Source: Lama guanicoe (Eukaryota). Taken from it: a stretch of DNA of 37,699 nt. A program made the position numbers and the translations under genes. The stretch spans positions 343,035-380,733 of the forward strand of contig MU054166.1 of NCBI GenBank assembly GCA_013239625.1, written 5' to 3'. How positions within the stretch are numbered: position 1 is the stretch's first letter; each line of letters begins with the position of its first letter. This document shows positions 1 through 14,500 of this stretch, piece after piece. The notes below the pieces were generated by a model. It worked only from the letters and a program-made list of their open reading frames with translations. It did not search any database and had not been told where the DNA came from.

Positions 1-1852
1 ATCATTTTGAGTTCATTTTTGTACAGTGTGAGGGAGTGTTCTAATTTCATTGATTTACATGTAGCTGTTTAGCTTTCTCAACATCTCTTGCTGAATACTG
101 TCTTTTCAGCATTGTATATTTTTGTTTCCTTTGTCATAGTTTTGTTAACCATAAGTGTGATGTTTTATTACTGCCTCTGTGTTACATTCAAGTTATATAG
201 TTGTTTGGTTCTTTTCCAGCATTGTGCTGTTTTGATTACGGTATTATTGTAATATAGTCTGAGAACTGGGATGGTTATAAGTTATGCCTCCAACTTTGTT
301 CTTTTTCCTCATTGTTCCTTTTGCAGTTCTGGTTCTTTTGCAGTTCCATACAAATCATAGGAGTGTTTTTAGTTCTGTGGTAAATATCATGTATTTCAAT
401 CTGAATCAATTTATATCTGTAGACATCTTTTGTAGTATGTATATTTTAACAATATTAATTACTCTAAGCAAAGACCTTGAGATTTACTTCCATTTCCTTG
501 CATCATCTTCAAATTTCTTTATCAGTGTCCTATTCATTTTATTATGTTGGTTTTTTCATAGGTTTTTCATTTTTTGATCTGATTTCTTATGGATCTTAGA
601 AAATAATCTTATATTTCATTGTGTAAAAAATGTGACAGTTTTTGTATATTAATCATGAATCATGCTACTATGCTAAATGTCTTTATTAGTTTTAGTTGTT
701 TTGGTGTGGAGAATGTTTAGGGTTCACTATATAGATTATCATGTCATCTAAAATAAGAACAGTTTTACTTCATTCAATCTAACTTGAATAACATTTTTTC
801 TTGTGTGATTACTGTTGCTAGAACTACCCATACTGTGTTTAATAAAAATGGTGAAAGTGGGCATCCTTGTCTTATTCCTTAATTTGGCATTCAGTTATTC
901 ACTTTTGCATATTATGCTGTCAGTGGGTCTGTAATGAATGACTTTAGATATGTTGATATATATTCCATGAATCCTACTTTGCTAAGAGGTTTCTGTCATT
1001 GTTGCTGTTGTTCTTGTTGTTGTTGTTGCTGTTGTTGCTGTCATAATGAAAAAATGTTGAATTTTATGAAATGCTTGTTATGGATTTATTGGGATGACCA
1101 TGTCATTTTCTCTTTTTCTTTTGTTAATGTGGTGTATCAAACTGATTGATTTGTGTATGTTGAACCTCTCTTGTGACCCTGCAGTGAATCCAAGTTGATC
1201 AATGTGTATGATATATTTTAGGTATTGCTGGATTTAGTTTGCTAATAATATTTTGTAGAATTTTTGCATGTAAATCTATCAAAAATAATGGCTTCAATTT
1301 GCCTTTGCCCATACTTTTTTTGTTGGTTTAGCTATCAGGGTGATGAAAGCTTCATAGAAATAATTTTGGAGTTTCCCACATATTTTTTTCCCACATGTTT
1401 GAATAGATTGAAGAGTATAAGTTCTGCTTTGTAATTTTGTACACTTCTCCATGGGAGCTGTTTATATCTGCACTTCAATTCAACAATTTTTTAAATGCAG
1501 ATTCTATCTTTCTTCTAGTAAACAGTTTGTTCAAATTATTTGTTTCTCCTTATCTCTGTCTCTTTCTAGACATTTGTCTATTTCTTCTAATTTTCCCAGT
1601 TTATTGGCATGTAAGTGTTGACAAAATGATCCCTTTTTTGTATATCTGAGGTAACAAATGTTATTTCTCATCTTTTATTTCTTAATTTATTTCTTTGGAG
1701 CATATACATTTTCTTCATGATGCACCTGGCTTGAGGTTTTTTGAATTGCTTATCTCAAAAAGAAAACATAAAACAAAATAGTTGGTTTTATTACTCTTTA
1801 GCAGAGTTTTATTTCTCTATGATTTATATTTACACCTGTAATATTTAGGATG
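1..1852 (-). mobile_element. Old LINE-1 ORF2 fragment (runs off the window start)
   Basis: Antisense L1 ORF2 text such as gggcatccttgtcttattcct and ttgttaatgtggtgtatca; many stops and indels. Confidence 0.85.
999..1041. repeat. Imperfect (GTT/GCT)n microsatellite
   Basis: gttgctgttgttcttgttgttgttgttgctgttgttgctg. Confidence 0.85.
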
Positions 1853-4800
1853 ATTTTTTTCTATTTTTCACTTTTTTTATTGATTTGAACTCATTTTACA
1901 AAGTTGTATCCAATTCCATCATAGAGCACAATTTTCCAGTTATAATGAACATATATACATTTTTTTCCCATTTTTTCATTTTTGAGCTGCTGTAAGAACT
2001 TTTATAAAATTCCCTATGCTATACAGTAGAATCCTGTTTATCTATTCTACAATTTTGACCTCCCAGTCTGTCTCTTCCCACCTCCCGCCACATGGCAACC
2101 AAAACTTTGTATTCTATGTCTGCGAGTCTATTTCTGTTTTGTATTTGTGCAATATTTGTTTTGTTTTGTTTTGTTTTTAGATTCCACTGATGAGCCATCT
2201 CATATGGTATTTTTCTTTCTCTTTCTGGCTTACTTCACTTAGACTGATTTTCTCCAGGAGCAGCCATGTTGCTGAAAATGGCGTTATGTTGTCGGTTTAT
2301 GTGGCTGACTAGTATTCCATTGTATAAATATACCACCTCTTTTTATCCAGTCAACTGTTGATGGATATTTAGGCTGTTTCCATGTCTTGGCTATTGTAAA
2401 TAGTTCTGGCTATGAACATTGGTGTGCAGGTGTCTTCCTGAAGTATGGTTCCTTCTGGATTTATGGCCAGGTACGGGAATCCTGGGGCATATGATAAGTT
2501 TATTCCTAGGCTTATGAAGAATCTCCATCCTGTTTTCCACAGTGGCTGCACCAAACTGCATTGCCACCAGCAGTGAAGCAAGGTTCCCTTTTATCCATAG
2601 CCTCTCCAGCATTTGTCATTTGTGGATTTTTGAATGATGGCCATTCTGACGGGTGTGAGGTGATACCTCACTATAGTTTTGATTTGCATTTCTCTGATCA
2701 TCAGTGATATTGAGCATTTTCTGATGTGCCTTTTGATCATTTGTATGTCTTCCAATGAGAATCACTTTTTTAGGTTTTCTTCCCATTTTTGGATTGGGTT
2801 GTTTATTTTTTCTTATTCAGTTGGATGCATTTCTTACATACTCTGAAGATCAAGCCTTTGTCGATTTCATATGCAAATTATTTTCCCATTCTGTAGATTG
2901 TCCTTTTGTTTTACTTCCAGTTTCTTTACTGTGTAGAAGCTTGTTAGTTTCATTAGGTCTCATTTGTTTTTTCCTTCTTATATTTCTGCTACGAGAAAAT
3001 TTCGAGACATATGTCAGATAATATTTTGCCTATATTTTCCTCTTGGAGGTTTATTGTATCTTGACTTATGTTTAAGTCTTTGATCCATTCTGATTATATT
3101 GTTGTGTGTGGTGTTCTAGCTTCATTGGGAGTGCTCTAGCTTCATTGATTTACATGCTGCTGTCCAGGTTTAACAACACCAGTTGCTGAAGTGTCTGTCT
3201 CTCTTCCATTGTATTTTCTTGCCCCCTTTGTCGAAGATTAATTCACCAAAAGTTTGTGGGTTCATTTCTAGGCTCTCTATTCTGTTCCATTGGCCTATAA
3301 GTATGTTTTCCTACCGATTCAGTGCTGTCATTTTGACTGTAGCTCTATAGTATTATCTGAATCGTTAACATAAAGAAATGTCACTGATTTTTGAATCTTA
3401 ATATTGTAACCTGCTACCTTGCTGAATTCTTTGATCAGCTTTAGTAGTTTTTATCTGGATCTTGCAGGGTTTTCCATATATAGTAACATATTTTCTGCAT
3501 ATAGCAAGACTTTTAATTCTTCCTTTCCTATTTTCATCTCTTTTACTTCTCTCTCTTGTTTGATTTCTGTGGCTTGGACTTCCAAGACTATCTTGAGTTG
3601 GAGTGGAGATAGTGCGCATCCTTCTCTTGTCCCAGATTTTAGTGGGAAGGTTTTAACTTACTCATCATTGAGTACTATGCTAGCTGTTGTTTAGTTATCT
3701 ACAGCTTTCATGATGCTGAGTTATGTTCCCTCTATGCCCAATTTGGTGAGAGTTTTTATCATACGTGGGTGTTAATTTTATCAAATGCTTTTCTGCATCT
3801 ATTGAGATGATCCTGTTGTTTTGGTCCTTTCTCTTCTTCATGTGCTGTATTACATTGATTGACTTTTATAGGTTGAACCACCCCTTTGTCACTGGCATGA
3901 TCTCCACTTGGTCATGAAGTATAACCTTTTTTCTGTGTTTGGATTCTATTTGATTCTATTTCATTAAGGATTTTGGCGTCTGTGTTCATCAGTGATATTG
4001 GCCTATGATTCTCTTGTTTGGTAGTGTCTTTGCCTGGTATCAGGGTGATTGTAGCTTCATAGAATGACTTTAGGAGTATTTCTTCCTTTTCAATCTTCTG
4101 GAAGAGTTTGAGAAGCACTGGTATGAGTTCTTCTTTGTATGTTTTGTAGAATTCCTCATTGAATCCGTCTGGTTCTATACTGTTATTTGTAGGGAGGTTT
4201 TATATTGCTCTTTTGATTTAATTTCTGGTGCTCTGCTTGTTCAAAGGGTCAGTTTCTTCTTGATTCATTCTTGGTGGACAGTATGTTTCCAGAAAATTGT
4301 CCATCTCCTCTAGGTTATCCAGTTTGTTTCCATAAAATTTTCATAATATTCTCATATGATATTACCCATTTCTATTTTATTTGCTGTAATTTTTCCATTC
4401 TCCTATCTTATTTTGTTAATTTGTGCTCTCTCTCTTTTCTTCTTTTTGAGTTTGGCCACAGGATTTTCGGTTTAACTTACTTGTATTTAAAACCAGCTTT
4501 GCAGTTGGTGATTTTTTTCCTATGGTTTTTTCAATCTCTATTATATTTATTTGTTATCCAATATTTATGATTTCCTTCCTTCTGCTGCCTTTTGGGGTTT
4601 ATTGTTCTTCTTTTTCTAGTTCATTCTGCTTGTGGGTTAAATTGTTTATATGTGACAGTTCTTCTTTTTTGAGAAAGGCCTGTATCGCTATAAACTCCCC
4701 TCTCAGCACTGCTTTTGATGTGTCCCATAAATTTTGTTTCAATTTGCATTCATGTTCTTTTGTCTCAAGGTAATTTTCCATTTCAGCTATGATTTCTTCA

Positions 4801-7800
4801 TTGACCCGTTTGTTTTTTAATAACATATATTTTAATCTCCATGTTTTCCTTTTGTTCTCCTTTGTTTCTCCTTTGTTGATTTCTAGCTTCATGGTACTGT
4901 GGTCAGTAAAGGTTCTTGAGGTGATTTCTAACTTCTTAAAATAGCTGAGGTTTCTTTTTTGCCCAACTATATCATGAAACCTGGTAAATTTCCCATGTGA
5001 ACTTGGAAAGAATGTATATACTATTTTGTGGGGGGTGCAATGCTCTGAAAATATTCACCAAATATAATATTTCTATTGTATTATTTAACTTCTCTGTTGC
5101 CAAATGTATTTTCTGTCTCAATGATCTGTCCATTTATGTTAATGCTGTGTTGAAATCACCATGATTAGATACCCATCACTATCCCCATTTATATCTGTTA
5201 GTAATTATTTTATGTACTTAGGTGCTCCTCTATTTGGTGCAAATGAATTAACAACTTATCTATCCTCATCTTGTATCACTCCTTCAATCATCAAATGTCC
5301 TCCTTTATCTTTCTTTATGGTCTTTGTTTTAAAGTCTCCTTTGCCAGAAATCAGTACTGCAACACCTGCCTTTTTGGCTTTTCCATTTGTATGGAATCCC
5401 TTTTCAATTCTTTCTCTCTCAATCTATATGTGTTCTTCTCCCATAAGTGGGTCTCTTGTATACAGCATATTGAAGTTTCTTGTTTTATTATTCAGCCTGC
5501 TACTCTATGAATTTTGACTGGAGCGTTTAGTCCATTAACATTTACAATAATTGATATGTTTGTGTTTATTGCCATTTTGACCTTATCCTTGTGGTTGATT
5601 TGGTATTTCCTCTTTGTTCATTTCATCTTCCTTTTATGGTTTCATCATTCTCCTTTTAATTATCATGAAATTTATTTAGTTTACTGACACCCAGATAAGT
5701 TGTTGTCTTGTTGTTACCCTTTTATATTAGTCTTTTAGTCCATTATTATAACTGCTTTTATTTAACTGATAGTAACTAGATCTCAAACCTATTCTACCAA
5801 GAACAAAAAATTTTTAAAAGAAAGACAAAAAAATTCTCTATTTTCCTGCCTCCCTCTCCCACTTTCAATGATTTGTATGTCTTGTTTTAAAATTTTGTGT
5901 TTATTTAAATTTATAATTCATGAGTTATCACCTTTCCAGCTGTGAGATTCACATTTCTTTAGCATCCTGCTGCTTTTCTTTTTAGAGTAGATCTTTCAAT
6001 ATATCCTTAAGAATGTGTCTAGTGTTGCTATACTCTTGTAGAGTTTTCTTGTCTGTGAAATCCTTTATGTCTACTTCTACCATTAAGTATAGCTTTTTGA
6101 TTAAATTATCCTAGGTTATATCATTTTTTTCATTCAAGACTCTGAATATATCTTGCCACTACCTTATGTCCTGTTGTATTTGTGCAGTGAAATCAGCTGG
6201 GAGCCTTATGGGGATTCCCTTGTAACTCACTATTTGATATTTTCTTGCTTCCTTTAGTATCATTTCTTTATCCTTGACTCTGGCCATCTTAAGTATATGT
6301 CATGGTGTGGGAGTATTTGGGTTCTTCCTGTTTGGGACACTCTGAGCTTCCTGTACTTGGATATCTGATTCCTTCTTTAAATTTGGGAAGCTCTCAGTCA
6401 TGATTTCTTCAAACACCTTTGCAATCCCCTTTGATCATTCCTCCCTTTCTGGAAATTCTATCATGCCAAGTTTGGCATGCCTTCTATTATCCTATAGGTC
6501 CCTTATGCTTTACTCATTTGTTTCTTGCTGTTTCTTTTGTAGCTCTTCTGATTGGGTGATTTCTATTGTACTGTCTTCTGAGTCACTAATTCATTCCTCT
6601 GTATTATCTAGTCAGCTTTGTGAAGCCTTTAGATCATTCCTTATCTAAGTCAATGAGTTTACCTATTGTACTCGGCTCTTCTTTATAGCTTCCATTTCAT
6701 TTTTAACATATTTATATCTCTAAACACTATCTTTTATTTCCTTCAGTAATTTGATCATTACTTTTTTAAAATCTTGATCAAGTAGGCTATTGATTTCTAT
6801 TTCACTAATCATTCTTTCAGGGGATTTCTCTTGTTCTTTTAATTGGGAATGGTTTCTCTGCCTCTTCATCTTGCTCCTTCCTCTCTGGCACTGTGGTTTA
6901 TGGAGTATCAGTTATCTACTGTGATCCTAAAGGAGTTTCTCTACATAGTGTCTATGTAGTAATACAACTTAGAAAAGAGAAAAATGAGAGAGAGAGACAA
7001 AGAATTTTAAAGAAGGGGGAAATAAGTGTTTGAAGATATTGTATAATTCATAATTGAAGAGCAAGTTGAAGCAGAGTTTTGAAAAATAATATTAATAAAA
7101 ATATATTTAAAATATTTATAAGGGATGAAACTAGGGGTACATATAATTGCCTAAGAAGTAAAAATTTTAGGGTAAGAGAAAGTGGAACAGGTAAAAACAG
7201 ATTAAAACAAGGGGGTGGTCTTTGTCCTCCTGGACACTGTGTACATTTAATGTGAAGTCTTTCTGTATTCATCCTGTTTTGGAAGCTCATCTTCCTGTTT
7301 TCAGAGGCCCTCCATTGAAGCCCTCAACTGCGCTGCTCCCAGTGCCTGTCAGCAACAGATCACTCCTACCCCAAACACTGCATCCGGAGCAGATCTATTT
7401 ACACTAGGCTGGCTTGTCACTGCCCTGCTTGATGCTGCAGTCAGATGTTGCAGGCTGACCAGGCAGGAGTGGGCATCATGCCCTCTCCTAGCACCATAGT
7501 CAGGGACTGCATTCCACCAGAAACTTTGGGAGCAACTTGACCCCTCAGGGTGCTAGTCACTCCGCTGCTCTGTGCCACTGTACAGTCCGACTCGGGTTTG
7601 CACACCAGAAGTGGACTCAGGCAAGACTGGGGAATAGCCCTGTCCCTGGTCTGGCCCAAAATCCAGCTCCTTGTTTGTCTTGGTGAAGCAAGTTCTCTGA
7701 GGGACCAGGACAGAAGGATCCTATCTGTCTCAGGCTGTAGAGAAGTCTCCGTCTGGCCCTTAAGGCTGCTAAGTCCTTAGACGTGGATGCAGATTTTGCC

Positions 7801-8470
7801 CCTGCTGCTGCCTGGATGCAAAGCACCAGAGGGTATGGTGGCTGTGTCTGAGCCCAAGCTCTATTCACCTAGAAACTTTTGTGGATTTTCAGAGATGGGA
7901 AATGCACCCTTCCACCCACAGGGCAAATCTGCCCTGTTGTTTTATGGAGGGGCCAGGTTGTTCTGCCCTGTACACCCACAGCAATGGCACACAGCACCCT
8001 CCATTCCCCAGGACTACCTCAGTTTAGCAATTCCCATCTTCCACCCAGCTCGTGCAGCATGGCCCTGCCCCCAGCTTCTGGGTTGCATTTTGGGGTGTGT
8101 GTCTGTGACTGTTTAATGTAGTTCTGTCAGTCAACTTATACTCTGTACAGATCCAAGCCTTGAAGGCTCCCCCTCCGTCCTGCCAAACTCTCAGTTGGAG
8201 AGGGGAGACCTAGTGAATGAGCGCCAGTCCATCTTTGCAGCTCCCTCCCTGTGGGACCTGTCCCACTCTGTTTTGCCTTTTGTTCTGTCTTTCTTCCTTT
8301 TCTCCTACCAGATTTTACGCATCTTAACCTATTGAAGAGGACAATGTTCTGTCAGAGTTCTGCATGTTCTCTGGTTAGCTGAGTGGGTCTGTGGATGTGA
8401 GTCTCGGTGCATTTGTGGAAAAGGGTGAGTATCGAGCATCCTTCTACTCCACCATCTTGGCCTCAACCCC
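1853..8470 (-). mobile_element. Near full-length, inactivated LINE-1 (5'UTR ~6870-8470, ORF1 ~5982-6869, inter-ORF spacer, ORF2 ~2177-5575, 3'UTR and poly-A remnant)
   Basis: 5' end reads GGGGTTGAGGCCAAGATGGTGG with YY1-type CAAGATGG; ORF1 starts MKRQRNHSQLKEQEKSPE; ORF2 starts MAINTNISIIVNVNGLNAP and ends LSEVSQKEKEKYHM...GI*; ORF fragments KQNLWDTSKAVLRGEFIAIQAF and [12 protein letters not shown]-rich tail at ~1853-1880. Confidence 0.93.
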
Positions 8471-11400
8471 GAAAAAGTCTCACTTTATGGTGGAAGATAA
8501 ACACAGAGTGGGAGTTGCTGGAAGAGATACTTCATGGAAATGATAAGAAAGTGCAGATTGCAATGCTCAACTCATACAACATATGTTTCAAAATAAGGGC
8601 CACAATGAAAGATACATATGAGATGATATAAAGGTAAAGAGATCCATATTAAAATAGGTTATTAAATTCATTAAATTATATATGGACCCAATACCGTAGA
8701 TCCTAAGTATAAAAAGAAATATTTGTAGACATGAAGGAATTAATTGATTATTAAAGAATAATAGTAAATGAATTTAACACCTCACTATTCTGATAGTCAG
8801 ATCATCCAGAAAGAATATCTGTAAGGAAATAGAGGTCTTAATAATATATTAGATCATTAGAAACTAACTGGGTTATTAGACACTGCAACAGAAAAGCAGA
8901 ACACATAAACTTTTCAAGTGAGCACAGGATGTTATTAATGGAATTAACCATAAATTATGTCATGAAAAGTGCCTCAGGAACTTTAAGCAAATATAGATTA
9001 CAGCAAGTATTTTTCCATACACATAAGTATGAAACAATGCATCAACTCTAGAAAGAAGAACAGAAAAAGCACAAATATTCAACGAAACCACATCCTTTAA
9101 AAAAATAAAATAAAACAAGGTCAATGATGAAATTAAAGATGGAATAAAATCATACCTAGAGACAAAGTACAATGAAAACACAGCTTCATAAAATGTATGG
9201 GATTCAGCAAAGACAAATCTAAGAGGGAAGTTTAGAATGATTATGGCCTTCTACAAGGAAAAAGAAAAACCTCACAAAAAGAATCATTTATACCACCCAA
9301 AATAACTAGAAATAAGAACAAATCCCAAAGGCATTTGAATGAGAAACCTTTAATTAGTAGGTTGAAAATAAATGAAATATAAATCTAAATAAGTTAAAAT
9401 TCCTAAAATCATGAGCTTTTTTTTTCTTAAAAATATTAACAAACTGGTAAGCATTTAGCCAGTCTTATCAAGGAATACACAGAGTGGACCAAAACAAAGT
9501 AACAAATGAAATAGTAGATATAACATCTGATAATACAGATATACAAAAAAAGATTATGAAAGCACTATGAGCAGTTACGTGACAACAAATAGGATGACCT
9601 AAATTTAATGGTAACATTTCTAGATATGTGCAGCCTACCAACACTGAATAAAGAGAAAACAGAAAGCTTGAAAAGAGCTAACAGTATAAGTTAAATAAAA
9701 TGTACAATTTTAAAAACACCCCTTAAACAAAATGCCTTGTTGCCTTCACTAAACCCTCTTTCTCCCCAACTATTTCAAAAAATGAAGGAGGAAGGACAAT
9801 TCCCAAAGTTATTCAATGAGGCCACCATTACCCTGATAAAAAAAAACCAAAGACACTACCAAAAAAAATGAAAATGAAAAGCCAATATCCTTGATGAATA
9901 TACATTCAAAAATCCTCAAAAGAACATCAAAAAATTAATCCAGCAATACATAGAAAGGATTATCTATGATGATCAGTTGGATTCCTTCCAGAGTCACAAG
10001 GATGGTTCAACATAAACAAGTCAAGCAGCATGACACATATCTAATAATGGAAGGACAAAATTCACAGAACCATGTCAATACACACAGAAAAAGGATTTGA
10101 CAAAATTCAATATACATTCATGACCAGAACTCTCATGAAAGTGAGTATAATGGGAATATCTCTCAGCATAGTAATGGCCATTTATAACAATTAATAATAC
10201 TCAGGGGGAAAAGCTGAAAGCCTTCTGGGTAAATTTGGCAATAAGTACAGGACTCCTACTCTCACCACTTCTGTACCATAGTAATACAAGAAAGGAAAAG
10301 GAAAAGAAAAAGAAGTAAAAGAAACACAAAATGGAAAGAAAGAAGCAAAATTGTCACCAGTACAGATGGCATAACAATCTACACAGAGAGTACTAAGGGC
10401 TCCACACTGACTACTATGAACAATAAATAATTTCATCTAGGGGGAAGGGTATAAGATTAATGTAAAGAAGTCTCTTGTATTTCTACACATTAATAATGAG
10501 ATACCCTAAAATGGACTTTGAAAGCAATACTATTTACAATCCCATTCCCTAGATTATCTTGGAATAAATGTAACCACATATGTGAAAGATCTACACACTG
10601 AAAATTATAAAACATTGACAAAGTATTTAAAAATGATTCAAAGAAATGGAAAGATGTCTTGTGCTCTTGAATTGAAAGAGTTCATATTGTTAACATGGCC
10701 GTACTACACAAAGAAACCTACAGATTTTGTGCAATTCCTGATACGAAGTTTTAGAATTTTCCACAGAAGCAGAAAGAAATAACTCTAAGTTTTACATGAA
10801 ACCATTAAAAATTGCCAAAATGATCTTGAGAAAAAACAATAAATCTGGAGATATAAACCTCCAAGATACCTTACTATACTACAAAGCTACAGTAATAAAA
10901 ACAGCATGGCATTGGCACATAGATATAATCAATAAAAACATAGAGCTTAAAAACAATTCCACACACCTATGAGCAATGAATCTATGATAAAAGAGGCAAA
11001 AGTACATAATGGAGAAAAGACAGTCCGACAATGGGTGATGTTGGGAAAGCTGTACATCTACATGTAAAACAGTGAAATGAGAGCATTCCCTGACATCATA
11101 TTCAAAAATAAACACCGAGTGTATTAAGGACCTAAATGTAAGACCTGATACTTTAAAACTGCTAGAAGGGAATATAGGTGATACACTATTGGATATATAT
11201 CATAGGAACATTTTCTTATATCTGTCTCCAAATGCAAAAGAAATAAAAGCAAAAATAAGCAAGTGAGATCTAAACAAACTTGAAAACTTCTGCACAGTTA
11301 AGGACACAATCAATGAAATGAAAACACTGCCTGTGTAATTTGAGAACATATTGGCAAACAATACAAGTGACCAGGGTTTAATAGATGTAGGTTAATAGAC

Positions 11401-12508
11401 GTAACATGGATTTAGGTTATACAACTCAATGTGAAAAGCAAAAACCCAATCAAAAACAAAAGCAGAGTAACTGAGGCAGTTTTTTTCCAAAGAAAATTTA
11501 CAGATGAGTAACGTGCAGGTGATAAAATTGCTCAACATTACTAATTATTAGGTAGTTATAAATCAAAACCACAATGAGGTATCACTTCACAATGTTCAAA
11601 TGGCTATTATAAAAATATCTACTAATGGAAAGTGTTGGAGATGATGTGGATGTAAGAAATCGTTTTTACACTTGTTTGGAATGTAAATTGGTATAGCTTC
11701 TATGGAAAAGAGTATTCAGATTTCTTTAAAACCTAAAACAGAACTAACATATGAAACAGTAATACCTCTCCTAGGAAAAATATGGGGATAATACCCTAAA
11801 TTGTGAAGAACCTAAGTCAACAACAGCACTGTTAATTACATGCAAGCCTGGGAAGCAATCCAAGAGTCCACAGTAGAGTATGGACCAAAGAAAATATGAT
11901 GATTCTATAAATATGCAATGGAATATTAGTCAGCCATGAAAAAGTATAACCCATTGCTATTTCAGCATCCTGAATAGACCTAGTAAATATTGTGCTTAGA
12001 GAAGAAACTTAGAGAAAGACAGAAGTATATAATATAATTTATATGTGGAATCTATAGAATAACAAATATCCATGTACATCTATCTATAGCTATTTATTGA
12101 TAGATGACAGATAAATAGGATAGATACATAGATACATGGTAGATAGATAGATAGACAGATAGATTGATTGATTGATAGAGACATGGTAGAGAGATAGAGA
12201 GATTAGATAGGCAAGTCTGAAACAGACTTAAAGATATGGAAAAAATTTATGCTTACAAAAGTGGAAGGGAAGGACAATTTTAAGGTGCGATATTGAGAGA
12301 TAGAATGTAGTATACATAAAGGAGAGAAGCAACAAGGATAATCTGTATAGATCAGGGAATTATGCACAATAACTTTTAATAATTGAATGTTAAAAGTATT
12401 GTAATAATTTATAATGCAATATAATCCACAAAGTGATTGGAATCTCTATGATGTACATCTGAAACTACAAAATATAATACATCTACTGTACTTCATTTAA
12501 AAATAAAA
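8471..12508 (+). mobile_element. Degraded LINE-1, ORF2 (endonuclease to C-terminus) plus 3'UTR
   Basis: gaggccaccattaccctgata, tttgacaaaattcaa, ORF fragment KDLHTENYKTL; A-rich end near 12500. Confidence 0.88.
12098..12210. repeat. Imperfect (GATA)n microsatellite within an L1 3'UTR
   Basis: agatagatagatagacagatagattgattgattgatagag. Confidence 0.85.
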
Positions 12509-12509
12509 C

Positions 12510-14500
12510 ATCTCATGTATAATGTTGTCCTTTTTCCTCTGATAGCAGCTTCCTTAAATATTGATATATTTTTACTCTTTACCTTTTATGATTACTGTCT
12601 CAGAATATTTCTTTACTCTTGTGATCATGTTACCAGTTTGCTGTATATATATTTATTTCCCCGATTTCCTATTTTTCTCTCTTTAATCCGTATTGTATAG
12701 AAGCATTTGAGAACATACCCAAAGAAACTTTTGCAAATATCTCGTGGTGTCTGCTTAGCATTTTGTCCAATGTTTTGCATATTTTTGCAATTTTATATTT
12801 CTTAGAAGAGTTCTTTTCTGCACCCCGTGTAAGGTGTCTCAGTTTTGTTTTTTTCATCTCATTCAGGTTTTGTTTGTCTGGTAAAGTCTTTATTTTCACT
12901 TTATATCTAAGTGATAACTGTGCAAGGTAGAGTATTCTTGGGTGAAAGATTTCTTATTTCAGTAGTTTGAAAATGCCATTCAATTTACCCTTGGCCTATG
13001 TTTTCTGCTGAGAAATCTGCTGAAAGTCTAATGGGGGTTCCTTTGTAGGTTATCATAACATTTTTCGGCTGCCTTTAAAATTTTACTCTGTCATTGACTA
13101 CCCAAATTGCATATGATGTATCTTGAAGGAGGTCTCTTTGCCTTAAATTTATTGGTGTTTTGTTGGCTCACGGACTTGACTATCAGTTCCTTACTTAGGT
13201 TCGGGAAGTTATCAACTATTCCATCTTTAAATAAACCATCAGCTACCTTCTAATTTTCTTTCTCCTCCTGGATTTCACTCTAAAGTGCAGTTCCTGAAGA
13301 AGTCTGATTGCTGTTGTAGAATTTCCTCACTTTTTAATATCTTGTATCTCTGCACTCCTCTATCATTCCTAGTTTTGTATAGGTGAGTTTGCTAAACTCT
13401 ATTCCACAAAGGCAGTCTGCTCCCAATACTTTCTGTTGCATTCTTCATCTTAGTTAAAAAGTTCATCTGGTCCTCCAATAACGTTTGGTTATTTTTTAGT
13501 TTCAGTCTCTTTGGTAATGTATTCCTTACCAGCATTTAACTTATTCCTAAGCTCACTAAACTCTATCTGAGTTTTGTTTATTGTATTGAGTTTCTGTATG
13601 ACACCTATTTGGATTCTCTGTTAATTATATGGCAATATACCATGATTTAATTTTGTTTGCTGCAGGTTTGATTTTGTGTGTGCGTGTGCATATTCATGTG
13701 TGTCTGTGTCTGTTTCGGTGTCTGTGTCTGTGTAACTGTGTGTGTGCGTGCAATACAATGTTACTGTGATTGGTCTTGATCTTGTTAAATTATTGCTCTG
13801 ATGACACTAAATAACAGATTTGGAGTTGGAGCCCTTGCTTTTGTTTTCTGGTAGTTTGCAAAATTGCACAAATTTTGGTTTTACTTACCTGAGCTACCTC
13901 TGATAATATTTCAAAATGGCACTTTCCAGTCGTTATTGTCTGGATAAAAGATGTGCTTTCATTGTCACTTCTTAGACTTCTTGGGTAGTTAATGCCACTG
14001 TTGTCACTGGGATGGCAAACCCTTCCTTTTAGCTGATATCCCTTGAGACTCAGTTTACACATTGAGGAAAGGTTTAAAGACAGGTGGGTATTTGGAATCA
14101 GGCAAGTGCCTTTCCCATGTCCAGTTTTACAAGGTAACTTGTCTCCACCAATGTGAATGGGGAGTTAGGACAGTGTCATGAATGTCTGAGTGTCTGAAGG
14201 ATGGAAACTCAGTCTCCATTGTGGCTCCCTCCAAGTTACCTGTGACCATGATTGCTTGTGCAGTTGGAGGCCGAAGCTGTGTTAACCACTGAGACCCTGT
14301 TTCTACTGGGTTCTCTGAGCCTGTGGACTCTGATACCCTAGTCAGTGGGTCTCGGTTGCAGGCACCAAATCTGCTCTTCCCTCAGTTGAGCCTATTTTAG
14401 GTGTTTTAGCCCACCAACCTTCAGCTTTATACATGCGTTCTGAAGTATTGATTTGTGTTGTAGTTTTTTTTTTTTTGCTGAGATGTGAACGTTTTACTGA
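12510..14500 (-). mobile_element. Old LINE-1 inter-ORF/ORF1 region with probable 5'UTR remnant
   Basis: ttttctgctgagaaatctgctgaaagtctaatgggggttcctttgtagg is the antisense ORF1 hallmark; ORF fragment KIKTLPDKQNLNE. Extent beyond ~13700 is uncertain. Confidence 0.7.
13675..13751. repeat. Degenerate (TG)n tract
   Basis: tgtgtgtgcgtgtgca...tgtgtgtctgtgtc...tgtgtgtgtgcgtgc. Confidence 0.7.

Larger units (their letters stand above)
1..2721 (+). repeat. Segmental direct repeat, copy 1 (partner 34634-37341)
   Basis: Collinear at offsets 34630-34639; 13 differences in the first 120 aligned positions. Confidence 0.85.

Noticed and set aside
934..1149. Cys-rich 71-aa ORF that looks metallothionein- or keratin-associated-like
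   Set aside because: The Cys run is the translation of a (TGT/TGC)n microsatellite inside antisense L1.
2177..6869. Potentially active LINE-1
   Set aside because: Both ORFs have stops or frameshifts and ORF2 has an internal deletion; the element at 27360-32067 is likewise broken.
7048..8121. Cluster of ORFs in the more GC-rich segment
   Set aside because: Lies in the L1 5'UTR, where higher GC lowers stop frequency; no recognisable product.
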